Below, one piece after another: positions 63,680 through 64,000 of a stretch of DNA of 64,000 nt. The stretch spans positions 42,869,925 through 42,933,924 of the forward strand of contig NC_057719.1 of NCBI RefSeq assembly GCF_004010195.1, given 5' to 3'. Origin of the DNA: Chiloscyllium plagiosum (lineage: Eukaryota). The notes beneath the pieces were generated by a model. The model was not told where the DNA came from and did no database searches. It saw only the letters and a program-made list of their open reading frames with translations. Positions within the stretch are counted from its first letter, which is position 1. Every line of letters begins with the position of its first letter. Both the position numbers and the translations under genes were made by a program.

Positions 63680-64000
63680 AGGATGTAAATAGTTAGCTTA
63701 TCAGGGCAGGTTGTATAAAATTGGTTTGCATTTCCTTGATTTTAGACAATTAAAGAGTAATCAAATTGTGGGATTTAAAATAATAAAGACCAACTATTTC
63801 CACTGATGGAGGAATCCAAAACAAGAGGATCTTATAAATAGAATTGAGCAAGCTTGTGAAATCAGGAAGCTCCTTTTAGACAAAGAGAATTGGATATCTG
63901 GAACTAGCTAACCCAAAAGTCGTATGATTCCTTGTCGTAAGATTAATTTCAGTAGACAAGAAGGTAAAGCCATTAAGTGAGAAAAGGAGGACAGATAAAC
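63680..64000 (+). mobile_element. Degenerate CR1 3' fragment
   Basis: aactatttccactgatggaggaatccaaaacaagagg...gtgaaatcaggaagc. Confidence 0.55.

Overview
Eukaryotic genomic DNA, almost certainly from a cartilaginous fish (inferred from HE1-like SINEs, shark-type CR1 LINEs and Penelope-like elements). It has one protein-coding gene, on the minus strand: an AHNAK2-like giant scaffold of the AHNAK/AHNAK2/periaxin family. I reconstructed five small coding exons with compatible splice phases (26632-26684, 26064-26168, 18280-18387, 18002-18158, 12329-12498; the last two encode the PDZ domain). They splice to a giant exon that starts at 4703 and runs off the left edge. That exon carries ~651-bp (217-aa) tandem repeats and is interrupted by a 500-N assembly gap. 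I could not find the first coding exon. The rest is intron or upstream sequence, densely filled with CR1, L2 and Rex/Babar LINE fragments, tRNA-derived SINEs, Tigger-like MITEs, a Harbinger-like remnant and Penelope-like elements (PLEs). The most notable non-genic signal is about 15 short PLE-derived insertions in at least two families. They carry minimal hammerhead-ribozyme motifs (CTGANGA-A-stem II-GAAA-palindrome), many are fold-back palindromes with target-site duplications (TSDs), and one near-intact motif lies on the gene's transcribed strand just upstream of the giant exon. No prokaryote-type system (CRISPR, operon) is present. Family assignments come from recalled sequence motifs, not database searches.
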